Shown here: positions 30,101 to 39,781 of the stretch, one piece after another
Layout of the letters: each line of letters begins with the position of its first letter
Position numbering within the stretch: the first letter of the stretch is position 1
NCBI GenBank assembly: GCA_020148055.1
Contig: JAHCRF010000001.1
Location: forward strand, 71,257-135,256
Direction of reading: 5' to 3'
Length of the DNA: 64,000 nucleotides
From: Patescibacteria group bacterium
GTDB lineage: Bacteria; Patescibacteriota; Minisyncoccia; Minisyncoccales; JAHCRE01
Program-made: the position numbers and the translations under genes
The notes under the pieces: model-generated
Told to the model about the DNA's origin: nothing
Databases searched by the model: none
What the model saw: only the letters and a program-made list of their open reading frames with translations

Positions 30101-30480
30101 AAAAAATTACTGTTGGCTATGTTTATATGATGAAATTAATTCATATGGTTACCGATAAAATCCACGCCAGATCAATTGGACCTTATTCTCTAATTACTCA
30201 ACAGCCCTTAGGAGGAAAGGCCCAATTTGGAGGTCAAAGATTCGGAGAAATGGAAGTTTGGGCTTTAGAAGGACATGGAGCAGCCCATAGTTTACAGGAA
30301 ATGTTAACTATTAAATCCGATGATGTCCAAGGTCGGGCAGCTGCTTATCAGGCCATCTTAAAAGGAGAGCCAATCAGAAATCCTAATGTTCCCGCGTCTT
30401 TAAATTTACTAATCAATGAATTAAAGGCTCTTGGGCTAAATGTTGAAATAAAAGAAAACCCCAAAGAACAAGAATCCTGA
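27178..30480 (+). CDS. rpoB: RNA polymerase beta subunit
   Basis: GIERVVISQL, RICPIQTPEGPN, GSNMQRQ, GDKLAGRHGNKG, GGQRFGEMEVW. Confidence 0.98.
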   Translation: MKFKDFSKSKISLPLPYLLSIQRESWQRFWERDLKELFSEISPIQDYTGKELELWFLDYKLDEPKYKTTLEAKENNDSYEAALRARVRLVNLKTKEIKEQEVFLTDFPLMTKRGTFIVNGIERVVISQLIRSPGAFFTSQIIRGETHFGAKIIPNRGAWLEFGTEASGFIGVKIDRKRKVAATTLLRAFGIDQDEKILEIFQDIDNNPEINYISETIKRDPTKNQAEALIEVYQHLRPGDLTTAETARELIENMFFNFERYDLSKVGRWRMWQRLPELKKSKIQKGPTKVGGRSGREAFPRNGRPRPWVGWSPKSKTKKPKLEEGITRSDRVLHPEDIVAVLREIIRLNNDPGGKPDQIDHLGNRRVRTLNELLQNRLRVGLMRMARIIKDRMATLDISILTPVQLINSRPFIAIVREFFTSSQLAQFMDNENPLAELEHKRRLSATGPGGLTRERAGFEVRDVQPSHYGRICPIQTPEGPNVGLINHLAGFARVNPYGFIETPYFKVKNGRVTSEICYLNAYEEEKYNIAHGGVPIDEKGKITSKKVEARVKGEPGIVGREKVDFFDISPAQSISIATSCIPFLQNDDANRALMGSNMQRQAVPLLRPGVPLVITGAEEKVARDSGQEIIAEEEGVVTEVDANHIKIRGKKGEKKYPLQTFIQTNQFTCFHQSPLVKKGKVVKKGDILTDGGGISQEHLALGRNILVAFMSWRGGTFEDAILISERLVRDDAYTSIHIEDFSCDVRETKLGPEITTCDIPNVSEEKLRNLDEEGLVRIGAEVGPNDILVGKISPKGEVDLTAEERLLRAIFGEKAREVKDTSLLMEHGKQGRVINVKIFSRESGHRLDPGVIKRIDVKVAEIRKTQAGDKLAGRHGNKGVISKVLPIEDMPFLEDGTPVDIILNPLSIASRMNIGQVLEAHLGKAAKKLGYIAISPALAGVTEEEIKEELRKAGLPEDGKVALYDGRTGLPFSKKITVGYVYMMKLIHMVTDKIHARSIGPYSLITQQPLGGKAQFGGQRFGEMEVWALEGHGAAHSLQEMLTIKSDDVQGRAAAYQAILKGEPIRNPNVPASLNLLINELKALGLNVEIKENPKEQES
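28031..28116 (+). repeat. GC-rich structured insert, family A copy 2, in frame in rpoB
   Basis: Homologous to 1462-1548; flanked by TCCAAAATCCAAAA at 28018-28031 and 28113-28126. Confidence 0.9.
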
Positions 30481-30560
30481 ATTATGAATTAGGAATCAAG
30501 AATAAAAAATAAGAAATAAAAATTCATAATTCATACTTCATAATTCGTAATTCTGATATT

Positions 30561-33500
30561 ATGAGAGTAGCTGATCTTAAATCAATAAAAATTCGCTTAG
30601 CCTCACCAGAAGAAATTTTATCTTGGTCTCATGGCGAGATTACTAAACCTGAAACCATCAATTATCGAACTCAAAGAGCAGAAAAGGACGGTCTTTTTTG
30701 TGAAAGAATTTTCGGGCCAACTAAAGATTATCAATGCTATTGCGGTAAATATAAAAGAATTCGTTATAAAGGGATAACTTGCGATCGCTGTGGGGTAGAA
30801 GTGACAAAATCTTCGGTCAGACGAGAGAGGATGGGTCATATCAAATTGGCCTCACCGGTTTCTCATATTTGGTTCTTAAGAGGAGTACCGTCGCGAATGG
30901 GAATAATCTTAAATGTTTCTTTACCCAAATTGGAAAGGGTAATTTATTTTGCTGCTTACATTATCACAGAAGTTATAGAGGAGGCTAAGAAAAGAGTTTT
31001 AAAAGAGATTGAGAAAGAATACAGGTCAAAGGTAAAAACTCAAAAAGCTTCCCCAGCCCCACCCGCCACCCATCAAAGGAAAAAAACATCTAAGGCAAAA
31101 ACAAAAAGTAAAAATAAAATAAAACCCCAAGACCTGAAAGTAGCCAGAGATAAAGCTAAAGAGGAAGTGTTAGCTTTGAAACCTTTGAAAATTCTTTCTG
31201 AGGTGGAATATCACAATCTTTCTTTTAAATATGGAGAGGTTTTTACAGCGGGAACAGGAGCAGAAACTCTAAGGAAAATTTTTGAGAAGATAGATTTTAA
31301 AAAAGAAATTACCAAATTAAAAAAAGAAATTGAAAAAGCCTCACCGGTGAGTCGAAGAAAAATTTTAAGGAGATTGAAACTCTTCCAGTCGATGTCTAAC
31401 GCAAAACTGAGACCAGAGTGGATGTTTCTGAATGTTTTGCCGATTTTACCCCCAGATTTAAGACCAATGGTTCAGTTAGATGGTGGTCGTTATGCTTCCT
31501 CTGATTTAAATGATCTTTATAGAAGAGTAATTAATCGGAACAACCGTTTGAAATATCTTTTAGAAATTGCAGCTCCTGAAGTTATTGTTAGAAATGAGAA
31601 AAGAATGTTGCAGGAAGCAGTTGATGCTCTGATCGATAATGGAATGAGAAAGGGAGTAATTACCAGGGCGACCACTGGAGGAAGAAGGCTTTTGAAATCT
31701 TTAGCTGATATGTTGAAAGGAAAACAAGGGAGATTCAGGCAAAATCTTTTAGGTAAAAGAGTTGATTATTCGGGCAGATCGGTGATTGTCGTTGGACCAA
31801 AATTAAGACTTCATCAGTGTGGTCTTCCTAAAAAGATGGCCTTGGAATTATTTAAACCTTTTGTTATTAAAAGAATTTTAGATAAAGAATTGGCTTACAA
31901 TGTAAGGGCAGCTTCGAGGTTGATTGAGCAGGAAACCGAGGAAGTTTGGGCAATCTTAGAAGAAGTGGTTAAAGATAAATTGGTTTTATTAAATCGGGCT
32001 CCAACCTTACATCGATTAGGAATCCAGGCTTTCCAACTAATATTAATTGAGGGAGAAGCAATTCAAGTCCATCCTTTAGTTTGTAAAGCCTTTAATGCCG
32101 ATTTTGATGGGGATCAAATGGCTATCCATTTACCTTTATCAACTGAGGCCCAAAAAGAGGCTAAAGAAATAATGTTATCTACCTTAAATCTTTTGAAACC
32201 AGCCACTGGTATTCCAATTGTAACTCCTACTCAAGATATTATCCTTGGCTGCTATTTTTTAACCAAAATTAAAGAGAAAGCTAAAGGGGAAGGGAAGATC
32301 TTTGGAAATTTCCAAGAGACCGTTTTAGCTTATGAGTTTGGAGAGGTAGACTTAAAAGCCGGAATCAAGGTTAAAATAAAGAATTCGGAATTTTTAGAGA
32401 CTTCGGTTGGGCGAATTATTTTTAATGAGACTTTACCCGCAGGCTTCCGGTTTATTAATGAAGTGATAAATTCAAAGAAATTAGAAAAAGTGATAAGTGA
32501 AATTATTGAAAATTACGGAATAGAAAGATCGGTTGCTACCCTGGATAAAATTAAAGATTTGGGATTTGAATATGCCACTATTTCAGGTTTATCCTGGGGA
32601 ATGGATGATTTAGATATTCCTAAAGAAAAAGAAGAATTAATTAAAGGGGCAGAAACAGAAATAGAGATGATCGAAGAACACTTCAAAAAAGGGTTACTGA
32701 CTGAGGAAGAAAAATATCTAAAGACAATTGAAATTTGGCAAAAAATAAAATCAAAAATTGAAAAAATTGTTCCGAAGACATTACCATCTGAGAGTTCAGC
32801 ATTTTCAATTGTTGATTCCGGAGCGAAAGGCTCCTGGATCCAACCTGTGCAGATGTGTGGAATGAAGGGTTTAGTGATTAATCCAATGGGACAGATTATT
32901 GAACTTCCAATCAAAAGTTCTTATAAAGAAGGATTTAATGTTTTGGAATATTTCATTTCTACCCATGGAGCAAGAAAAGGAACAGTTGATACGGCTCTAC
33001 GTACCTCTACTGCTGGCTACTTAACCAGAAGACTTATTGATGTCGCCCATGAGGCAGTAATAACTGAGGAAGATTGTCATGACGAGAAAGGGATTGAAAT
33101 ATCCAGAGGGGATGCTGAAGAAATTGGCCAGAATTTTATCTTCAAGATTTTAGGGAGAGTAGTTATAGAAGATGTCAGAAATCCCGCCAGAGGCGAGGCT
33201 CGCCAAGGGCGGCAAAAAGCAAAAAGCAAAATTATCAAAAAAGGAGAAATAATTGATTGGAAAGCGGCTGAGGAAATAATTAAAGCTGGGGTTGAAAAAG
33301 TTCGAGTTCGTTCTCCCTTAACTTGTAAGTCAACCAGAGGAATTTGCCAGAAATGCTATGGCTGGGATTTAGGCTCAAATCAATTAGTTAAATTAGGGGA
33401 AGCGATGGGGATTGTTGCTGCCCAGGCGATTGGCGAGCCGGGAACTCAATTAACGATGAGAACTTTTCATACCGGTGGCGTGGCTGGAGGAGAAGATATA

Positions 33501-34205
33501 ACATTTGGATTACCGAGGGTTGAGGAAATTTTCGAAGCCAGAACATTAACTGAGAAAGGAGCAATTTCTCAAGCTGATGGAAAAGTGACTGAAATAACAA
33601 AAGAAAGGGTGATTAAAGTGAAACCTAAAAAGGGAAATCCTCGGCCAAAGAAAAAAGAGATTTTAGAATACAAAATTTCTCCCCGAATGGCTATTTGGGT
33701 TAAACCGGGCCAAGAGGTTAAGAAAGGTCAACAGCTCTCAGAAGGAAGATTGGATCTGAAGGAGCTATTTAAGCTTAGAGATAAAGAAGAAACCCAGAGA
33801 TATATTATTAAAGAAATTCAGAGAATCTATGTTTCCCAGGGAGCAATTATTCATGATAAGCATCTTGAGGTAATTGTTCGCCAAATGTTTTCCCGGCTAA
33901 GAATCCAAGAAGCAGGTGACAGCAATTTTGTTCCCGGCCAAATTATTGAAAGATCAAGATTTTTAGAAGGAAATAAAGTTTTAAGAAAGGAAAAGAAAAA
34001 GCAGGCTAAAGGAACGCCCATTTTGCTCGGAATGTCCCGAGTGGCTTTAACCGCGGATTCATTTTTATCAGCTGCTTCTTTTCAGGAGACTACTCGAGTT
34101 CTAATTAAAGCTGCTATCGAGGGGAAAGAAGATAGACTTGAAGGTTTAAAGGAAAATGTGATTATTGGAAAGTTGATTCCAGCCGGTACCGGTTTTCAAA
34201 AATAG
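30561..34205 (+). CDS. rpoC: RNA polymerase beta' subunit
   Basis: NADFDGD catalytic motif, zinc finger, GEPGTQLTMRTFH. Confidence 0.98.
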   Translation: MRVADLKSIKIRLASPEEILSWSHGEITKPETINYRTQRAEKDGLFCERIFGPTKDYQCYCGKYKRIRYKGITCDRCGVEVTKSSVRRERMGHIKLASPVSHIWFLRGVPSRMGIILNVSLPKLERVIYFAAYIITEVIEEAKKRVLKEIEKEYRSKVKTQKASPAPPATHQRKKTSKAKTKSKNKIKPQDLKVARDKAKEEVLALKPLKILSEVEYHNLSFKYGEVFTAGTGAETLRKIFEKIDFKKEITKLKKEIEKASPVSRRKILRRLKLFQSMSNAKLRPEWMFLNVLPILPPDLRPMVQLDGGRYASSDLNDLYRRVINRNNRLKYLLEIAAPEVIVRNEKRMLQEAVDALIDNGMRKGVITRATTGGRRLLKSLADMLKGKQGRFRQNLLGKRVDYSGRSVIVVGPKLRLHQCGLPKKMALELFKPFVIKRILDKELAYNVRAASRLIEQETEEVWAILEEVVKDKLVLLNRAPTLHRLGIQAFQLILIEGEAIQVHPLVCKAFNADFDGDQMAIHLPLSTEAQKEAKEIMLSTLNLLKPATGIPIVTPTQDIILGCYFLTKIKEKAKGEGKIFGNFQETVLAYEFGEVDLKAGIKVKIKNSEFLETSVGRIIFNETLPAGFRFINEVINSKKLEKVISEIIENYGIERSVATLDKIKDLGFEYATISGLSWGMDDLDIPKEKEELIKGAETEIEMIEEHFKKGLLTEEEKYLKTIEIWQKIKSKIEKIVPKTLPSESSAFSIVDSGAKGSWIQPVQMCGMKGLVINPMGQIIELPIKSSYKEGFNVLEYFISTHGARKGTVDTALRTSTAGYLTRRLIDVAHEAVITEEDCHDEKGIEISRGDAEEIGQNFIFKILGRVVIEDVRNPARGEARQGRQKAKSKIIKKGEIIDWKAAEEIIKAGVEKVRVRSPLTCKSTRGICQKCYGWDLGSNQLVKLGEAMGIVAAQAIGEPGTQLTMRTFHTGGVAGGEDITFGLPRVEEIFEARTLTEKGAISQADGKVTEITKERVIKVKPKKGNPRPKKKEILEYKISPRMAIWVKPGQEVKKGQQLSEGRLDLKELFKLRDKEETQRYIIKEIQRIYVSQGAIIHDKHLEVIVRQMFSRLRIQEAGDSNFVPGQIIERSRFLEGNKVLRKEKKKQAKGTPILLGMSRVALTADSFLSAASFQETTRVLIKAAIEGKEDRLEGLKENVIIGKLIPAGTGFQK
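31037..31101 (+). repeat. 65-bp insert, family B copy 1, in frame in rpoC
   Basis: Identical to 49629-49693 in uvrA; encodes [21 protein letters not shown]. Confidence 0.92.
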
Positions 34206-34232
34206 AAAAAATAATAGTATAATCAAGGATAG

Positions 34233-36302
34233 ATGGCTCAGAACCGAAAAAAAATAAAGAAAATTAATAAAACTCTTAGTAGGTCTTTAAAGATAAAGAG
34301 ATTGATTTTTGGGACTTTATTATTTTTAATCTCAATAGTCATTATTTTGAGTTTCTTCGATTTAGCCGGAGTTGGTGGCAGGATTTGTTTCAAAACCCTC
34401 ACTTTTTTATTTGGAAATACAGTTTTTTTAATCCCCTTATTTTTTGTGATTTTAGGCTGGGTACTTTTGAAGTCTGAATATCAAAAATTTTTCAAATCAT
34501 TGATTTTGACAATTTTGCTTTTACTTTTTGGAATTTCTGGAATTTTCGGAGCTTTGAATTCAACAAAACAGGGAGGATGGTTAGGTTATATTTTAAGTTG
34601 GCCTTTTTTAAGATTTTTTGGAATTTTGGTGACTCAAATAATATTTGGGGCCATGATTTTGACAGCTTTCTTAATTTTTTTGCAACTTTTTCAAAGACCT
34701 TCTTCCATTTCACCAATTTCAGAAACCAAGAAACCTTTGATCACCAGGATATTTAGGAAAATAAAGGAACCGAAATTGAAAATGAAGGAGATTACACCTG
34801 CTCCAAAACTTGAAATTAAAGAACCTTTAGAACTAAAAACCAAACCTATTTTAGAAAAAGAAGCCCCTCCTTTTTCTTATCAGCCCCCACCTCTTGATTT
34901 ACTCGAAGCTGATAAAGAAGTCCCTCATTCTGGCGACGTTCGAACTAATTCAGCTATTATTAAAAAAACTTTAGAAAATTTTGATATCAAGGTAGAGATG
35001 TCCGGAATCAATATCGGTTCCACCGTTACCCAATATACTTTAAAGCCAGCCGAGGGAATAAAGCTATCAAAAATCACTGCTCTTTCTAATAATCTGGCCT
35101 TAGCCTTAGCTTCTCATCCAATTCGAATCGAGGCTCCTATTCCAGGGAAATCTTTAGTAGGAATAGAAGTTCCAAATAAAGTCAGGGCTAAGGTAAGATT
35201 AAGGAATTTAATTGAACATCCAACTTTTCAGCAATCAGTATCGAATCTCACGCTTGTTTTAGGAAGAGATGTTTCTGGCTTTCCGGTTTTTGCCGACCTT
35301 GCTAAAATGCCCCATCTTTTAGTTGCCGGCTCAACCGGGACGGGTAAAACTATCTTTTTAAACAGTCTAATTTTAAGCCTTCTTTATCGAAACTCTCCCA
35401 GAATTTTAAAATTTATTTTGGTTGATCCTAAAAGAGTTGAATTTCCAGTTTATAATGACCTTCCTCATCTTTTATCTCCAGTTATTTTGGATGTTAATAG
35501 GACGATTAGTGTTTTGAAATGGTTAACTAAGGAAATGGAGAGAAGATTTGAAATTTTAGCTGGGGCCAGGGTTAGAGATATTAGAAGCTTCAATGAGATG
35601 GCTTTTAAAACTAAAACTGAGCCCTTGCCATATATTATCTTGATTATTGATGAGTTAGCTGATTTAATGGCTGCTAAAGGAAGGGAGATTGAGTCAGGTA
35701 TTGTTAGATTAGCTCAACTGGCCAGGGCCGTTGGTATTCATCTGGTAGTTGCCACCCAAAGACCATCGGTCGAGGTAATTACTGGTTTAATTAAAGCCAA
35801 TATTACCTCTCGGGTTACTTGTCAGGTGGCTTCCCAAATTGATTCAAGAACAGTTTTAGATATGGCCGGAGCAGAAAAACTCTTAGGTTTAGGGGATATG
35901 CTTTTTGTTTCAGCTGAAATTTTAAAGCCAAAGAGAATCCAAGGAGCCTATGTTTCCGAAAAAGAAGTAAAAAAGATAGTTAAGTGGATAAGGTCAAAAA
36001 TCCAAATAGAAACAATCGAAGATAAATTAGCTGAAGATTTAGAAAAGGATTTGACTTTCCAACCTAAGGAAGAATTAGGATTTCTAAAAATCGAGGAAGA
36101 TCCCTTATATGAAGAGGCAAAAAAAGTAGTAATTGAGGCCAGGAAGGCTTCAGCTTCCCTTCTGCAGAGGAAATTAAGAATTGGTTACGCCAGGGCGGCA
36201 AGACTTATAGATGTATTAGAGGAGAGGGGGATAGTTGGGCCTCTAAATGGAGCTAAGCCAAGAGATGTTTATATTTCAAGCGATAGCGAAGAAATATCCT
36301 GA
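34233..36302 (+). CDS. ftsK: DNA translocase FtsK
   Basis: N-terminal TMs, PHLLVAGSTGTGKT, IDELADLM, gamma domain LQRKLRIGYARAARL. Confidence 0.95.
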   Translation: MAQNRKKIKKINKTLSRSLKIKRLIFGTLLFLISIVIILSFFDLAGVGGRICFKTLTFLFGNTVFLIPLFFVILGWVLLKSEYQKFFKSLILTILLLLFGISGIFGALNSTKQGGWLGYILSWPFLRFFGILVTQIIFGAMILTAFLIFLQLFQRPSSISPISETKKPLITRIFRKIKEPKLKMKEITPAPKLEIKEPLELKTKPILEKEAPPFSYQPPPLDLLEADKEVPHSGDVRTNSAIIKKTLENFDIKVEMSGINIGSTVTQYTLKPAEGIKLSKITALSNNLALALASHPIRIEAPIPGKSLVGIEVPNKVRAKVRLRNLIEHPTFQQSVSNLTLVLGRDVSGFPVFADLAKMPHLLVAGSTGTGKTIFLNSLILSLLYRNSPRILKFILVDPKRVEFPVYNDLPHLLSPVILDVNRTISVLKWLTKEMERRFEILAGARVRDIRSFNEMAFKTKTEPLPYIILIIDELADLMAAKGREIESGIVRLAQLARAVGIHLVVATQRPSVEVITGLIKANITSRVTCQVASQIDSRTVLDMAGAEKLLGLGDMLFVSAEILKPKRIQGAYVSEKEVKKIVKWIRSKIQIETIEDKLAEDLEKDLTFQPKEELGFLKIEEDPLYEEAKKVVIEARKASASLLQRKLRIGYARAARLIDVLEERGIVGPLNGAKPRDVYISSDSEEIS

Positions 36303-36402
36303 AAGGTATTTCAGTAAACAGTGAACAATAAAACAATGTTTAAACCCCCACTTTTAACAGTGTTTTGACTTAATTTTTAAAGGGTTATATCATAAAGTTA
36401 AT

Positions 36403-37401
36403 ATGGCAAGACAGAAGAAAGAAAAAAAACTTGAAAAAAAGGATTTAGAAGGGGCAATAACCGAAATTAAACAGCGCTTCGGTGAAGGGTCAATCATGAA
36501 ATTAAAAGAAACCCGGCCAGTTGATGTTGATGTAATTCCTACTGGTTCAATTTCTTTAAATCTGGCTTTAGGAGTAGAAGGAATACCTCGGGGTAGAGTG
36601 ATTGAAGTTTTCGGACCAGAGGGAGGAGGAAAAACAACTTTGGCGCTTCATATTTTAGCTGAGGTTCAAAAAAGAGGAGGGGTGGCAGCTTTTGTTGATG
36701 CCGAGCATGCTTTAGATCCTGATTGGGCAAAAAGAATTGGAGTAAACGTCGATGATCTTTTAATTTCTCAACCCGATTCTGGAGAACAGGCATTAGAGAT
36801 CGTTGAGACTTTAGTTAGATCGGGCCAAATTGATGCTATAGTGATCGATTCAGTTGCTGCTTTGACCCCCCAAGCTGAAATTGAAGGCGAGATGGGAGAA
36901 TTTCAGATTGGCCTTCAGGCTCGTTTGATGTCGCAATGTTTACGAAAATTGTCGGGAATTGTTTCTAAAACTAAGACCTCGGTTATCTTTTTGAATCAGA
37001 CCAGGATGAAAATTGGTATTCGCTTTGGAAATCCTGAGACCACTCCTGGGGGTTTAGCTTTAAAATTTTATTCCTCGGTGAGAATTGCTTTAAGAAGAAT
37101 TGCTCAGATAAAACACGGGGAGGAAATTATCGGCAGTCGAATAAAGGCTAAAATTGTCAAAAATAAAGTAGCCGCTCCTTTTAAAACAGCTGAATTTGAT
37201 ATTTATTATAACGAAGGAATTTCTTATCTGGCCGACATTTTAAATACTGGAATTAAGTTAGAAGTTATTAAGAAAGCCGGAAGCTGGTTGAAATATGAGA
37301 ATATAAAATTAGGACAGGGCTTTGAGGCTAGTAAAAAATTCTTGAAAGAGAATCCAAAAATACTAAAGAAAGTAAAAGAAGCGATTGTAAACCAAGTTTA
37401 A
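36403..37401 (+). CDS. recA: Recombinase RecA
   Basis: [38 protein letters not shown]. Confidence 0.98.
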   Translation: MARQKKEKKLEKKDLEGAITEIKQRFGEGSIMKLKETRPVDVDVIPTGSISLNLALGVEGIPRGRVIEVFGPEGGGKTTLALHILAEVQKRGGVAAFVDAEHALDPDWAKRIGVNVDDLLISQPDSGEQALEIVETLVRSGQIDAIVIDSVAALTPQAEIEGEMGEFQIGLQARLMSQCLRKLSGIVSKTKTSVIFLNQTRMKIGIRFGNPETTPGGLALKFYSSVRIALRRIAQIKHGEEIIGSRIKAKIVKNKVAAPFKTAEFDIYYNEGISYLADILNTGIKLEVIKKAGSWLKYENIKLGQGFEASKKFLKENPKILKKVKEAIVNQV

Positions 37402-37452
37402 GAATCACGAATCACGAATTATGAATTATGAATAGAATAAAAACGGTAATTC

Positions 37453-37478
37453 AAAAACTGCCCCCAAGGGCAGTTTTT
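37453..37478. terminator. Bidirectional terminator between recA and rpsR
   Basis: AAAAACTGCCC-CCAA-GGGCAGTTTTT. Confidence 0.8.
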
Positions 37479-37503
37479 TATTCTTGATTCCTAATTCCTT
37501 ATT

Positions 37504-37701
37504 CTATTTACTAGTATAAGATAACAATCCTAAAGACCTCGCCCTCTTAATCGCTTTGGCCAATTTCCTCTGATGCTTAGAACAAATCCCGGTTCTTTTT
37601 CTTGCCCTAATTTTTCCTAATCCAGAAATGAATTTTCGTAAAAGTTCAGTATCTTTGAAATCAATTTCTTTTATTCCTTTTTTACAAAAATAACAATCCA
37701 T
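37504..37701 (-). CDS. rpsR: 30S ribosomal protein S18 (zinc-binding type)
   Basis: [25 protein letters not shown]. Confidence 0.95.
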   Translation of the reverse strand: MDCYFCKKGIKEIDFKDTELLRKFISGLGKIRARKRTGICSKHQRKLAKAIKRARSLGLLSYTSK

Positions 37702-37795
37702 AATCAGTATTTAGTATTTCGTATTAAGTATAAAGTATAAGAAAGAAAACCTCTGAGCTCGAACCTCAGATACTTTATACAGAATACTTGATACT

Positions 37796-38245
<450 letters not shown>

Positions 38246-38253
38246 TTATAGTA

Positions 38254-38661
38254 TTAGATTTCGCCTAAAATTTCTTCGAGTTTTTCTCCAATCTTTTCTA
38301 ATTCTACTTTTCGTTCCTTTTTTAACTTTTTAACTTTTACTTCAGGCGTGATTTTTGGAATCTCATTTTTTTTAGGCACTCTCTGTACTAAAATCAGGTA
38401 ACGGAGAATTGAGGATTCCTGTTTTAATTTCTTCTCCAAATTTCCCAGTTTTTCAGGTTCAAAATGAAAATCTAAGGTAGCTAAGTAGCCCCTCTCTCTT
38501 TCTTTAATCGGATATTCCAATTTTTTTTCAATTGGATTTTTAGATTTTTCCAATCTCCCCCCATCTTCTTTGACAAAGGAATTTATTTTTTCCTGAAAAA
38601 TTTTTAGTTCCTCTTCTGAAAGATCAGGAGAAAGTAGGTAGGTGAGCTCGTAGAATTTCAT
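38254..38661 (-). CDS. rpsF: 30S ribosomal protein S6
   Basis: MKFYELTYLL, LEYPIK, ILRYL; rpsF-ssb-rpsR synteny; ATG 38661. Confidence 0.9.
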   Translation of the reverse strand: MKFYELTYLLSPDLSEEELKIFQEKINSFVKEDGGRLEKSKNPIEKKLEYPIKERERGYLATLDFHFEPEKLGNLEKKLKQESSILRYLILVQRVPKKNEIPKITPEVKVKKLKKERKVELEKIGEKLEEILGEI

Positions 38662-38701
38662 AAAAACGATACTAACACGCAAATGATTATCAGCGTCGGG
38701 T

Positions 38702-39757
38702 CTATATCTTAAATTCTATTACCTCTCCGTCCTGGACAACATAATCTCTTCCAACTGTTCTGATCCATCCTTTTTTTTGGGCGCTGGTCCAAGACTCAGC
38801 TTCAATCAATTTCCGCCAATTAATTACTTCTGCCCGAATAAATTTTTTTTCAAAGTCAGAATGGACTTTTCCTCCAGCTCCTGGAGCGCTTATCCCTCTT
38901 TTAATTGTCCAGGCTCGACTTTCTTTCCCAGTGATGGTGAAAAAGGTAATTAAATCTAAGGTATTATAGCAAGCCAAAATTAGTTGGTCAAGAGAAGATT
39001 TAAGATTTAACTCTTTTATTTCCTTAGCTGAAAGTTCGGAGATTTCCTCTTCTAATTTAAGATTAAGTATTAGATATTGAGAACCGACCTTTAATTTTAA
39101 TTCCCCGCCAATTTCTAATTCCTCGGGTTTGTTGATATTAAATAGATAAATTATTGGTTTTTGGCTAAGGAATTGAAGCTCTCTAATTAATAGGTGTTCA
39201 GTTTCTGAGAGAGAAAGGTCAAGAACTCTTTTCCCACTCGAGAGACTTTCTTTAATTTTTTTTAAAAGATTTAATTTCTTAATCTTCTCTTTATCTCTTA
39301 ATTTTTTCTCTTTTTCTGATTTGATTAATATTTTCTCAACTGTCTCCAGATCTTTCATCAAAAGCTCGATTTCAATGATTTCTAGGTCTCTTTTGGGATT
39401 GACATCCTTTTCTAAATGTTCAACTTTCTCGTTTTCAAAAGCCCGAATTACTTCAACTATAGCATCACAATTTCTAATCTGGGCTAAGAATCGGTTTCCT
39501 AACCCTTCACCTTTGTGGGCTCCCTTAACTAAACCGGCAATATCAACAAACTCAATTGTCGTGGGAGTAATTTTTTCAGGTTTAATAACTTTGGTAATTT
39601 TTTCCAATCTTTCATCAGGAACGAAAACTCTACCGATATTAGGATTGATAGTGGTAAATGGATAACTAGCAATCTCAACACTCTTTTTAGTTATGGCTTT
39701 AAATAAAGTTGATTTACCTACATTAGGTAAACCAACAATTCCTACTGAAAAGCTCAT
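38702..39757 (-). CDS. ychF: Ribosome-binding ATPase YchF
   Basis: GLPNVGKSTLF, DIAGLVKGA, FIRAEV, DYVVQDG. Confidence 0.95.
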   Translation of the reverse strand: MSFSVGIVGLPNVGKSTLFKAITKKSVEIASYPFTTINPNIGRVFVPDERLEKITKVIKPEKITPTTIEFVDIAGLVKGAHKGEGLGNRFLAQIRNCDAIVEVIRAFENEKVEHLEKDVNPKRDLEIIEIELLMKDLETVEKILIKSEKEKKLRDKEKIKKLNLLKKIKESLSSGKRVLDLSLSETEHLLIRELQFLSQKPIIYLFNINKPEELEIGGELKLKVGSQYLILNLKLEEEISELSAKEIKELNLKSSLDQLILACYNTLDLITFFTITGKESRAWTIKRGISAPGAGGKVHSDFEKKFIRAEVINWRKLIEAESWTSAQKKGWIRTVGRDYVVQDGEVIEFKI

Positions 39758-39781
39758 AAACTTATGTTATAATAAATCTGC

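Noticed and set aside
30478..30480. TGA recoding (genetic code 25)
   Set aside because: TGA ends rpoB, ftsK and uvrA at their expected C-termini, and long ORFs are intact under code 11
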